Below are positions 18,651 to 27,344 of a DNA stretch of 55,548 nucleotides, piece after piece. Position 1 is the stretch's first letter. Every line of letters starts with the position of its first letter. A program made the translations under genes and the position numbers. The notes beneath the pieces are model-generated. The model did no database searches, was not told the origin of the DNA, and was given only the letters and a program-made list of their open reading frames with translations. This DNA is from a virus (taxonomy: Duplodnaviria > Caudoviricetes), in the IMG/VR virus record IMGVR_UViG_3300021963_000157, positions 1 to 55,548 of that record; one strand, written 5' to 3'.

Positions 18651-19619
18651 ATGCCTACATCATTTAGAAATTTAGTACAGATCAAAGGTGACGGTATCTA
18701 TGCTACTGAAGAGCATCTAGAACGTGGCCGTATCTGGGTTTATACACCAGGCAATAACTATACCAACTATCAAATCTGTTGGAAAGCACCTGCTAGAGGT
18801 ACAGCAGTTATTGAAGTCTGGGGTGCTGGCGGTTCCGGTGCTAGAATGTGCTGCTGCGGAGGAGGACTTCCTGGAAACGCAGGTGCGTATTCAAAGAAAA
18901 CGATTCGTGTAGAATCAGGTTGCTATGTCTGCGGAGCAGTGGGATTTAGCTGCGGTAACGCAGACGCTATCTGTTTCCGAGGGTGTTCGGACGCAACTGG
19001 CGTAACTTGGACCGGCAACTGCGGTACTTCGGGTTGTTTGTGTGCCCAGGGCGGAGCAGGCGGTCGAAGTTTCTGTACTACAGGATCATCATTATACTGT
19101 TGTTTCGCAGCCAACGGCTACTGTGCCCGAGGACCATACAACGACAACTGCGGAACGATCTGTAATTATTTTGGCGGCATTTGGATTGCCTGCGGTTACG
19201 GCGGCGATGTTAATCGCTGCGGCGGATTTTCATGTACAGCATTCTTAGGCTGTCAAGGACCCTGCATCTGTTCTTACACCTATCACGTGGCAACACCTCC
19301 GGGATACGTTTCTAAGTGCGGCGGCGTTGTGGTATTTGGTACAGAAAATAACAATGAATTTTCAAACTGGTCAGGGCAAGGTGCTCACCAACATCAGTCA
19401 GCATTAAACGCACAATCCCGTCAACCAACACACGGCATCCCCTGGTCGTATTGTTGGGGATTTGGCGGCGGCTGCGGCTGTTATGACAACGAAGGATGCT
19501 ATCCTGGCGTAGGCCCAGGTTATCCAGGAACACCACCGAATCCTTGTCCCGAGGTTAGAGATCACGGTCGACGAGGCGGACACGGTGCTATCCGTATTAG
19601 ATTTATAGAGGGACAATAA
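18651..19619 (+). CDS. Cys/Gly-rich protein, paralogue 1 (322 aa, 30 Cys counted), glycine-rich fibre-tip-like domain
   Basis: IEVWGAGGSG...MCCCGGG.PGN.GAYSKK and C-terminal RGGHGAIRIRF. AGGAAGG RBS. Confidence 0.7.
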   Translation: MPTSFRNLVQIKGDGIYATEEHLERGRIWVYTPGNNYTNYQICWKAPARGTAVIEVWGAGGSGARMCCCGGGLPGNAGAYSKKTIRVESGCYVCGAVGFSCGNADAICFRGCSDATGVTWTGNCGTSGCLCAQGGAGGRSFCTTGSSLYCCFAANGYCARGPYNDNCGTICNYFGGIWIACGYGGDVNRCGGFSCTAFLGCQGPCICSYTYHVATPPGYVSKCGGVVVFGTENNNEFSNWSGQGAHQHQSALNAQSRQPTHGIPWSYCWGFGGGCGCYDNEGCYPGVGPGYPGTPPNPCPEVRDHGRRGGHGAIRIRFIEGQ

Positions 19620-19620
19620 G

Positions 19621-20616
19621 ATGCCAACATCATTTAAAGGTCTTGTTCAGGCAAAGTTACCGTTTATCGCATTCGAAGAAGAAAATCTCGAACAAGGTCG
19701 AATTTGGGCATATACTCATGGTAATGTCCGAACAAAGATGTGTGGCGAAGTTTGCTGGATATCACCCGGTAACGGTATCGCAACTATCGAAATTTGGGGG
19801 GCTGGAGGTAGTGGTGCTAAGATGTGCTGCTGCGGTGGCGGCATTCCAGGTAATCCTGGTGCTTATTCTAAGAGAACTATCTCCGTAGCCTCTGGATGTT
19901 TGATCACAGGAACTATCGGATTTAGCTGCGGCAATTCAAACGATCTATGTTTCCGAGGTTGTTCAGAACCCACTGGCGTATGCTGGCGTTCTACAACAAC
20001 TAACGGTTGTATGTGTGCTCAAGGCGGACGTGGGGGTACTACTTTTTGTTCTACAGGAACATCAATGTGGTGCTGTTTCCAAGCAGGCGGATTCTGCGGA
20101 ACCGGCCCATTTAATGCCAACTGCGGAATTATCTGCAACTACGGAACAGGTACAGCATCATGCTGTGCTGATGCGTTCGGTGGCGATATTAACTTAAGAG
20201 GCGGATTTAGTCGTGCTAGCTTCTTTGGCTGTACACCTAGCTGTCCATGTTCTACATTTTTCCATGTAGCAACGCCCCCGGGATACTATTCAGACTGCGG
20301 CGGAGAGATTACCTATACCAATGAAAGCGATAACGGACACTCTAGCTGGAGCGGAATGGCTTTGAACGGATTCTTATACGGCTTAAACGTTGCTGGAAGA
20401 CAACCAGGACGCGGAGTTGATGGTGCTCACTCTTGCTGGACAGGCGGCAGAACATGTGGATGTTACGACGGTAACGGATGTATCCCATTTGTACCGCCAG
20501 GATTCCCAGGATTACCACCGTTTCCTTGCCCTGATGTGCGTGATCATGCCTATCGTGGCGGCCACGGTGCTATCCGTATTAGATTCGTACAAGATGGTAC
20601 AGTAAGAGATTTATAA
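19621..20616 (+). CDS. Cys/Gly-rich protein, paralogue 2 (331 aa)
   Basis: Same motifs: MPTSF, IEIWGAGGSGAKMCCC, CFRGCS, CAQGG, CGCY, VRDH..RGGHGAIRIRF. Confidence 0.7.
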   Translation: MPTSFKGLVQAKLPFIAFEEENLEQGRIWAYTHGNVRTKMCGEVCWISPGNGIATIEIWGAGGSGAKMCCCGGGIPGNPGAYSKRTISVASGCLITGTIGFSCGNSNDLCFRGCSEPTGVCWRSTTTNGCMCAQGGRGGTTFCSTGTSMWCCFQAGGFCGTGPFNANCGIICNYGTGTASCCADAFGGDINLRGGFSRASFFGCTPSCPCSTFFHVATPPGYYSDCGGEITYTNESDNGHSSWSGMALNGFLYGLNVAGRQPGRGVDGAHSCWTGGRTCGCYDGNGCIPFVPPGFPGLPPFPCPDVRDHAYRGGHGAIRIRFVQDGTVRDL

Positions 20617-20627
20617 GAGATAAAATA

Positions 20628-21596
20628 ATGCCTACATCGTTTCAAAATTTAATAAGATCAAGAACAACTGGTCGCGTAGAGGAAAACCTAGAAACAGGCA
20701 GAATCTATGTGTTCACACCAGGTACCATGTATACAAACTTTTGTAACGGGTTTTGTTGGAATCCTCCAACGACTGGTAGAGCAGTAATTGAAGTATGGGG
20801 TGCCGGCGGATCCGGAGCACAGATGTGCTGCTGCGGCGGAGGTACTCCAGGTAACGCAGGTGCTTATTCTAAGAAAACAATTTGTGTTAGTTCAAACGAT
20901 TTTGTAAGAGGTACTATCGGTAATAGTTGTGGCAATAGTTCCGCATTGTGTTTCCGAGGCTGTTCAGATCCTACTGGAGTATGTTGGACTCAATGTGCCA
21001 CTGCCCAAAACGGTTGTATCTGTGCCCAGGGCGGAGCAGGCGGCCGCGGTATGTGTTCTACCGGTACATCCTTATTCTGTTGTTTTGTAAATCAATCGCA
21101 CTGTTTTACGGGTCCCTTCAACGATAACTGCGGTGTTATCTGTAATTATTTTAACGGTATTTGGATTGCCTGTGCTTACGGCGGTGATACAAACTGCTGC
21201 GGTCACTTTAGTTGTTCAGTATTTTTTGGTTGCTTGCCACAATGCCCTTGCTGTTTCCAATATCATACAGCATCTCCGGCAGGATTTTATAGTTGCGGAC
21301 CGTATAACGTAGCAGCGTTTGGTGCTGAAGATGATAACAGACATTCAAACTGGTCCGGTCAACCACTAATGCAAGAAGTTAGTGCGTTCTCAGCATTGCG
21401 TAGATCGCCCACTGGCGGTATTCCTATGAACTATTGCTGGAGATCAGATAGAAAATGCGGATGTTATGAAATGCAGGGATGTATACACTACGCACCACCT
21501 GCAACGGGTGGATACCCAACAAGCCCATGTCCAGGTGTTCGTGACCATGCTGGTCGCGGTGGATGGGGTGCTGTTAGAATTAGATTCTTTACATAA
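20628..21596 (+). CDS. Cys/Gly-rich protein, paralogue 3 (322 aa)
   Basis: Same motifs. Locally colinear with paralogue 1 at an offset of 1980 nt. Confidence 0.7.
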   Translation: MPTSFQNLIRSRTTGRVEENLETGRIYVFTPGTMYTNFCNGFCWNPPTTGRAVIEVWGAGGSGAQMCCCGGGTPGNAGAYSKKTICVSSNDFVRGTIGNSCGNSSALCFRGCSDPTGVCWTQCATAQNGCICAQGGAGGRGMCSTGTSLFCCFVNQSHCFTGPFNDNCGVICNYFNGIWIACAYGGDTNCCGHFSCSVFFGCLPQCPCCFQYHTASPAGFYSCGPYNVAAFGAEDDNRHSNWSGQPLMQEVSAFSALRRSPTGGIPMNYCWRSDRKCGCYEMQGCIHYAPPATGGYPTSPCPGVRDHAGRGGWGAVRIRFFT

Positions 21597-21599
21597 ATA
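21594..21599 (+). promoter_or_regulatory. Putative late promoter (TAAATA) overlapping the upstream TAA stop
   Basis: ACA TAA ATA TTG, followed by a GAGGA RBS and ATG 21616. Confidence 0.6.
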
Positions 21600-21615
21600 T
21601 TGTTAGAGGAAGATT

Positions 21616-22263
21616 ATGAGAAAAAATTTTACATTTTTATTACCAGATGAGCCATATAAAAATACCACGGCTCTAAACAAGGTACAGAATGCGGTCTATA
21701 CCGGACCTCGTTACTTTGCTATCTGTGTCATTGATGCCACAGGCGAAATCAAATATATTGCTAGAAGAGGAGAGTCTTTAGCAGAGATAGATTTTGATAA
21801 TCTTGTAGATGATGATCCAGCAACAACATTTTATTTGATTGATGCTAACGAGCATCCGTTTCCTGCCGCTTATTTGATGAACACATATGAGACCGGCGAA
21901 GTTGCTGATTATTCAACAGATCTAGTTGATGCTGATGGCAACGAATGGAACTACACATACCATTATGATGATAACACTGGAGCAATCGGACAATGTTTTT
22001 ATGGCCAATCATTAAAATATATTAATAATCAATTTGTAGGTCCAGAATACAGATTACATGCTGTTACAAAACAAAGTCTTATTGAAAACTATAAAAGTAT
22101 AGCTACAGCAATTGAACAAAGCCTACAATTAAATGATTATACTGACGAAGATCGAACAGCTTTTACTGCCCACATAGCATGGCTTCGTGATTTGGAAAGA
22201 CTTTATGCTGGCATTGATCATTGGAAAATTCCATTCCCAAGTAACTTGCCAACTTTAATTTAA
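21616..22263 (+). CDS. Hypothetical protein (215 aa), possible fibre-assembly chaperone
   Basis: The C-terminal AWLRDLE...WKIPFP resembles the LRDLP...WP/FP ending of phage tail-assembly chaperones. It follows the Cys-rich triplet. Confidence 0.45.
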   Translation: MRKNFTFLLPDEPYKNTTALNKVQNAVYTGPRYFAICVIDATGEIKYIARRGESLAEIDFDNLVDDDPATTFYLIDANEHPFPAAYLMNTYETGEVADYSTDLVDADGNEWNYTYHYDDNTGAIGQCFYGQSLKYINNQFVGPEYRLHAVTKQSLIENYKSIATAIEQSLQLNDYTDEDRTAFTAHIAWLRDLERLYAGIDHWKIPFPSNLPTLI

Positions 22264-22265
22264 GA

Positions 22266-22344
22266 AAACTCTTGAACCAAGACTAGGTTCTGTGTTATTA
22301 TTGTAGTGATACATAGTAAGACAGAACCTATTTTCTTGGAGTTT
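22266..22344 (+). promoter_or_regulatory. Long imperfect inverted repeat covering the RBS of the GT9 gene, with embedded promoter-like motifs
   Basis: TAGGTTCTGT (22284-22293) pairs with ACAGAACCTA (22321-22330), a perfect 10 bp. CCAAGA/TCTTGG and AAACTC/GAGTTT form outer pairs. TTGAAC-18-TATTAT with an extended TG lies at 22272-22301, and TACATA at 22310-22315. Confidence 0.55.
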
Positions 22345-22346
22345 AA

Positions 22347-23288
22347 ATGGAACAACGCTCTAAAGCATTTTTTTTAAACGGCGGTGCGGGCCGTATGTTA
22401 TGCTCAATACCCGCATTTGAAAAATATGAACAGGAATCCGGAGACAAGGATTTCATCATCATCTGTGAGGGCGGCACAGATGTTTTCAAAGGTCATCCAA
22501 CCCTCGATGCTAGAACATATGACATATGGCATAAACATCTTTTTTTAGAAAAGATCAAAGATCGAGATATTGTTAGCCCCGAGCCTTACAGAATATGGGA
22601 ATATTATAATCAAAAATGTTCCATAGCACAGGCATTTGATATTGAAATCAATAAAAAAGGTATCAGAGCATTACCTAAACCTACATTGATTCTCAGCAAA
22701 GACGAGCTATTAACAGGTCGTAAATTAATCGGCGATGTTAAAAAACAATTAAAGAAAAGTAAAATCGTAGTATTCCAACCTTTTGGTCGCGGAATACAAG
22801 TAGTCGACGACTCGCTAGTCGACTCAACTAGTCGAAGCATAGAATTTAAAGATACAAAAGCTCTAATTAAAAAATTACAGGAAAAAGAATTTGGTGTAAT
22901 TTTGATGAGCGAATTTAAAATTGATTTCACAGATGAAAAATTCAAGGATGAAATCGCCATGCCCGAAAATGTTTCTATGCGTCAATGGGCGGCGATTATC
23001 AAATACGCAGATCATTTCTTAGGCTGCGACAGTTTAGGACAGCATTTAGCCTATTGTGTAGACAAACCATCAACTGTGCTATTTGGGTCAACATATCCTA
23101 TTAATGTTTCTTATCCAGATTGTAAGACATTCACAATTTTAGATATGGGGGAAGAAACACGTGAATATAGTCCTATTAGAATTACCATGGATGAACGTAT
23201 TGATAGAAAACACGAACCTATAATGACTATGACTCCAGAAATACAAAATTATATCATAGAAGCCGTACAAGGAAAACATAAAAAATGA
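22347..23288 (+). CDS. Glycosyltransferase, GT9 (heptosyltransferase-like) family, 313 aa
   Basis: N-terminal GGAGRMLCSIPAF (GT9 G.GD.....P position), VVFQPFG, and C-terminal AAIIKYADHFLGCDSLGQHLA...KPSTVLFGST matching the GT9 DS..MHLA...P.V.LFG.T signature. Confidence 0.75.
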   Translation: MEQRSKAFFLNGGAGRMLCSIPAFEKYEQESGDKDFIIICEGGTDVFKGHPTLDARTYDIWHKHLFLEKIKDRDIVSPEPYRIWEYYNQKCSIAQAFDIEINKKGIRALPKPTLILSKDELLTGRKLIGDVKKQLKKSKIVVFQPFGRGIQVVDDSLVDSTSRSIEFKDTKALIKKLQEKEFGVILMSEFKIDFTDEKFKDEIAMPENVSMRQWAAIIKYADHFLGCDSLGQHLAYCVDKPSTVLFGSTYPINVSYPDCKTFTILDMGEETREYSPIRITMDERIDRKHEPIMTMTPEIQNYIIEAVQGKHKK

Positions 23289-25093
23289 CAGAACCTAAAC
23301 TTAATTCCGGCTGGATCGCAGCCATAGCACGTGGCCACAACGCAGGTGTATGTTTATTCAAGGACGGAGAAATCGTTTTTTCTATCGAAGAAGAAAGACT
23401 AACCCGTCAAAAATACGACGGCGGTCCGCTAGCTTCGATGGTTAAAATTTTAGAATACACTGACAAGTTAGATTATCTAGTTGTAGCACATACGCAGAAA
23501 TTGACAGATACTGCCGCTAGGATTGATTTCAGCGGCGATGACGTTTATACTGGTCTAGCACGTAAGCTAGGTTTAATTAGCCGTAAAGAAGATAATCACA
23601 ATCATCCTCAGGTCGTTGATTTAAGTTTTATGCATCACAAACTTCATGCTGCCTGTGCTTTTTATCGCAGTGGATTCGATGACGCAGTAGCACTAATCGT
23701 TGACGGTGCTGGTACCTTCATTCAATTAATGTACGGTAACGAACCGTTATGGGTATGGGAAGTAGAATCAATCATTGACTGCGGGTATCCTTCACAATTC
23801 AAAACTCTTTATAAAAATTACGGTGCTCGCGAGCCTGTCGCTGGCACATACATGGACAAATGCCCTTCAGATCAATTTGGGGAAGCAGGTGAGTTCCATG
23901 AAGCATGGCTTTCGGATAGAGCGGGTATAGTTAAAACCTACGAGGCTGTCACCGAATATTGTGGGTTCTCATCTATCGAAGCAGGAAAAACCATGGGATT
24001 GTTTCCCTACGGTAAACCCAACGATAAGATTCCTAAGTTGTTTGATTTTACTTCGAAGGTTCCGTTGTCTAATCGGAATCTAATCGTGCCTGCCTATCCT
24101 TCTTCTTCAGTAGTTAATAGTGCTTTATTTGATTATCTAGACGAGTTGCCGCAAGAAGGCGAAGATGTTACTAAACTTCAAAGCCGTAGGGATCTCGCCT
24201 ATGCTTGTCAAACCCAAACACAAGAACAAGTAGTTCGATTAATACGTAAAGCTGTGGAAATTAGCGGCAAGAAAAATGTTGTTATCAGCGGTGGGTATGG
24301 TTTAAACTGTGTGGCAAATTATCATTATCTCGAACAGTTAAAAGACGAAGGTATCAATATCTATGTTGAACCTATTAGCAATGATGCTGGAACAGCTATG
24401 GGTGCTGGATTAATGTTTTGGCACGCTATGGCAGATAGCCGTGAAAAGCATAAATTAGATACACTATATCTAGGACCCCAGTATACCTACGCAGAAAGAG
24501 AGATACTAGATAAAGTATCTTACGCCGGCGGGGAAGTTGTAGATGCTACTAATAAAGATGTAGTAAAATTGTTGCGTGAAAAAAACATTGTTACAATATT
24601 CCAAGGACGTTCAGAAAATGGTCCACGAGCATTAGGAAATCGCTCAGTGTTATTTGATCCAACTTTTCCAGACGGCAAAGATTTCGTCAACACTGTAAAA
24701 CGTAGAGAATATTTCCGCCCGTTCGCTGGAAGTATTATACACGAGCACGTACATGAGTGGTTTGATTTACGCGGTATGGAAGAAACACCGCATATGATGT
24801 ATGCTGTAAATTGTAAGCCGGGTATAGCTGAAAAGATTCCTAGTATCATACACGTTGACGGAACTTGTAGAATACAGAGTGTAAAGCGTGATCAAAATCC
24901 TCACTATTACGATCTCATCAAAGAATTCTACGATCAAACAGGTATTCCTATTATTTTTAATACCAGCTTCAACTTAGGTGGCGACCCACTAGTTGAAACC
25001 TTAGATGATGCTATTGAAACATTAGTTAAAAGTGATATAGAATATCTATTTTTACCCGAATACGGCAAGCTGATCAAGATTGCTAATAGCTAA
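23285..25093 (+). CDS. Carbamoyltransferase, CmcH/NodU family (602 aa)
   Basis: EEERLTRQK, HHKLHA, VDGAG, GKTMGL, GGYGLNCVAN, NDAGTAMG, GPRALGNRS, VKRREYFRPFA, HVDGTCRIQ and NTSFN motifs. ATGA overlap with the GT9 gene. Confidence 0.92.
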   Translation: MTEPKLNSGWIAAIARGHNAGVCLFKDGEIVFSIEEERLTRQKYDGGPLASMVKILEYTDKLDYLVVAHTQKLTDTAARIDFSGDDVYTGLARKLGLISRKEDNHNHPQVVDLSFMHHKLHAACAFYRSGFDDAVALIVDGAGTFIQLMYGNEPLWVWEVESIIDCGYPSQFKTLYKNYGAREPVAGTYMDKCPSDQFGEAGEFHEAWLSDRAGIVKTYEAVTEYCGFSSIEAGKTMGLFPYGKPNDKIPKLFDFTSKVPLSNRNLIVPAYPSSSVVNSALFDYLDELPQEGEDVTKLQSRRDLAYACQTQTQEQVVRLIRKAVEISGKKNVVISGGYGLNCVANYHYLEQLKDEGINIYVEPISNDAGTAMGAGLMFWHAMADSREKHKLDTLYLGPQYTYAEREILDKVSYAGGEVVDATNKDVVKLLREKNIVTIFQGRSENGPRALGNRSVLFDPTFPDGKDFVNTVKRREYFRPFAGSIIHEHVHEWFDLRGMEETPHMMYAVNCKPGIAEKIPSIIHVDGTCRIQSVKRDQNPHYYDLIKEFYDQTGIPIIFNTSFNLGGDPLVETLDDAIETLVKSDIEYLFLPEYGKLIKIANS

Positions 25094-25094
25094 C

Positions 25095-25119
25095 AAAACC
25101 CCCTTTTTAGGGGGTTTTT
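25095..25119 (+). terminator. Intrinsic terminator
   Basis: AAAACCCCCT-TTTT-AGGGGGTTTTT hairpin with a T-tract immediately after the carbamoyltransferase stop. Confidence 0.8.
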
Positions 25120-25138
25120 AGTTTCTCTAAAAATCAGT

Positions 25139-25144
25139 TAAATA
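25139..25144 (+). promoter_or_regulatory. Putative late promoter (TAAATA)
   Basis: GTTAAATATA lies between the terminator and ATG 25166. Confidence 0.6.
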
Positions 25145-25165
25145 TAACATACAACGAGCGTAACT

Positions 25166-26737
25166 ATGACTGATTTTACCAAATACTTTGGCACTGGTGT
25201 AAAAAATACTCTGTTTCTAAAAAACGGAGTAAACTTCTATAATAGAGGACCCTGGCGTCAAATCTTTCAAGACACCGAAATTGATCGTTGGTATGTGGGC
25301 GACTTTGCTGCCGCAAATTATATAATTTCTGTAGAATACGATTCTCAGAAAAAAGAAACAATGTCTATCCTTGTAGTAGCTAGACCCGATCAAGCCACTT
25401 ACACAGTTTACGGTCGTGCTTCCATAGATGACCCATTAATTACAATTTCTGCCACAGTTAATGATAGCTATCTAAGTTTAAAATTATCACCAATTATTCA
25501 AGGGTACGAAGGTGTACGTGCCATCTACTTCGCTCAATATTTTGCTACCTTAACCGATCTTGAAAGACCAGTCCCTTTAACATATTTGGTTGATGAGGAG
25601 GACTTAGGGGGCGGTGGCGGCGGCGGAGAAATTCCACCCGGCGGCAGCACGGGCGGCAGTAATGCCAATCTTTCTGCCATTGACAAAACTCTTACACCGA
25701 CTTCTAGCGGAACATTTGACATTGGTATTGCCCTAAAACGATTTAGGGATCTGTATCTTAGCAGTAGTATAGATATCGCCGGTGCGATAATATCTAATAA
25801 TGGAAACGGAGCTATCGAGTTGCCCGACGGTACAACCGTGGGCGGTAACGAACTTAAATCGTTTGGAACTATTTCTGTATCAGGTGAAGCTGATGTTGAT
25901 AGCATAGTATTAAATGATAATTTAACATTAATCGCCGGCTCAGGAATGACCATTTCTACTAATGCTTCAAATAGAAGTATTACTCTATCAAGCTCAGGTG
26001 GCGGCGGAACTGGCGGCGGCACATCAGCTAATGCGTTTGGTGTTGTCAGCGTAGCAGGGCAGTCGACAATTAGAGCAGATTCGGCATCAGATACACTGAC
26101 TTTTGTAGCAGGCTCGGGAATAGCCATTACTACCAATGCTACTAGTGATAGGATAACAATAACCAATACAGGAAGTTCTGGTGGTGGTGGAGGTAGCGGC
26201 GGAACTGCTACTGAGATTATTGTTTCGGAAGTCCTTGATGGCACATATCCTATGGTCATCGCTGAAGGAACAGACCCAATTACTGGACAAAGTTTATATG
26301 CCAGCTCCGGGGTAACTTTAGAAGTAGCGACTAGCACATTAAATGTTACAGCAACTACAGCTAGATGGGCGGACTTAGCTGAAAAATATCTAGCCGATCG
26401 TGCCTATGATCCTGGAACTGTTTTAGAATTTGGTGGAGACAAAGAAGTAACTCTAGCACAGGATTCAACTCGCAGAGTAGCTGGCGTTGTTTCTACAAAC
26501 CCTGCTTACTTGATGAACACTGACTTAGAAGGCGAAAATGTAATAGCAATAGCACTACAAGGCCGTGTTCCTTGTAAAGTTAGAGGTAAAATTAGAAAAG
26601 GTGATATGTTGATCAGTGGCGGTGATGGTTATGCTAGACCGTCCCTGGACCCTAGCATTGGCACTGTGATAGGTAAAGCGTTAGAAGACTTTGATGGTAT
26701 CTCCGGAGTCATTGAAGTTGTAGTTGGTAGATTATAA
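25166..26737 (+). CDS. Tail fibre/spike-like protein (523 aa) with poly-Gly hinges and a C-terminal peptidase-G2-like intramolecular chaperone domain
   Basis: C-terminal ADLAEKY..D..YDPGTVL..GG..EVT...VAGVVST.PAYLMN...ALQGRVPCKV.G...KGD...GTVIGKALE. Two copies of F..(I/V)SV.G......D.LT..AGSG..I.TNA. Confidence 0.65.
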   Translation: MTDFTKYFGTGVKNTLFLKNGVNFYNRGPWRQIFQDTEIDRWYVGDFAAANYIISVEYDSQKKETMSILVVARPDQATYTVYGRASIDDPLITISATVNDSYLSLKLSPIIQGYEGVRAIYFAQYFATLTDLERPVPLTYLVDEEDLGGGGGGGEIPPGGSTGGSNANLSAIDKTLTPTSSGTFDIGIALKRFRDLYLSSSIDIAGAIISNNGNGAIELPDGTTVGGNELKSFGTISVSGEADVDSIVLNDNLTLIAGSGMTISTNASNRSITLSSSGGGGTGGGTSANAFGVVSVAGQSTIRADSASDTLTFVAGSGIAITTNATSDRITITNTGSSGGGGGSGGTATEIIVSEVLDGTYPMVIAEGTDPITGQSLYASSGVTLEVATSTLNVTATTARWADLAEKYLADRAYDPGTVLEFGGDKEVTLAQDSTRRVAGVVSTNPAYLMNTDLEGENVIAIALQGRVPCKVRGKIRKGDMLISGGDGYARPSLDPSIGTVIGKALEDFDGISGVIEVVVGRL

Positions 26738-26743
26738 CACCAA

Positions 26744-26749
26744 TAAATA
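26744..26749 (+). promoter_or_regulatory. Putative late promoter (TAAATA)
   Basis: AATAAATACT, with 10 nt between the hexamer and ATG 26760. Confidence 0.6.
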
Positions 26750-26759
26750 CTAGGTAAAA

Positions 26760-27335
26760 ATGACAGTACAGACTATACAATTTAGAACAGAATTTGGTTA
26801 CAGAAGCCCGGGATTCCTTGTAGACAAGGAAGGCGATCTAACGGCATTATCTGTAACAACAGCAAATCTCAATGCTACTACTATAAGCATCAGTGGATCA
26901 ACAATCATTGACACTGATCGACTAACTGAAAGTATTAGAGATAGTAGTTTAGAAACTCTTGGAGTTTTACAAAATTTAACAGTTAACGGTGATGTATTCT
27001 TAAAAAAGAATAACATAAACCGCTTATCAATAATCAACGGTCGAGTGGTTATTAATAGCCTAGCAACAGGAACCATAGACAATGTTGATCTCGGACAAAC
27101 TACGCCTGGAAAAATAGACACTTATCAATTAAACGTTGTAGATCATAACGGTGTTAACGGAGAATTTGTCGCAGACGGTGCTACTATATCATTTGATGCT
27201 GCTACAATTACAGGTACTGTTACATATATAGAAAATGTTTCGATAAACGCTGCTCCCACATCGGGCGAACACGCTACTCGAAAAGATTACGTAGACAACT
27301 CTGTCGTTGCTTTTGCAGTGGCATTTGGAGCCTAA
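26760..27335 (+). CDS. Fibre-associated structural protein (191 aa)
   Basis: GTIDNVDLGQTTP and HATRKDYVD fibre-type motifs, with a hydrophobic C-terminus VVAFAVAFGA. Confidence 0.55.
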   Translation: MTVQTIQFRTEFGYRSPGFLVDKEGDLTALSVTTANLNATTISISGSTIIDTDRLTESIRDSSLETLGVLQNLTVNGDVFLKKNNINRLSIINGRVVINSLATGTIDNVDLGQTTPGKIDTYQLNVVDHNGVNGEFVADGATISFDAATITGTVTYIENVSINAAPTSGEHATRKDYVDNSVVAFAVAFGA

Positions 27336-27344
27336 GGATAGAAG

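Noticed and set aside
18724-20605. Several alternative-frame ORFs within the Cys-rich genes
   Set aside because: Locally higher GC lowers stop frequency. The three-way paralogy supports only the main frames.
8354-21143. Possible diversity-generating retroelement template/variable repeat pairs
   Set aside because: The matching patches are short, lie in conserved coding motifs and differ at non-adenine-specific positions, and there is no reverse transcriptase in the window.
25534-26337. 267-aa minus-strand ORF with poly-Pro runs
   Set aside because: It is the reverse complement of the poly-Gly hinges of 25166..26737 and lies wholly inside a well-supported gene.
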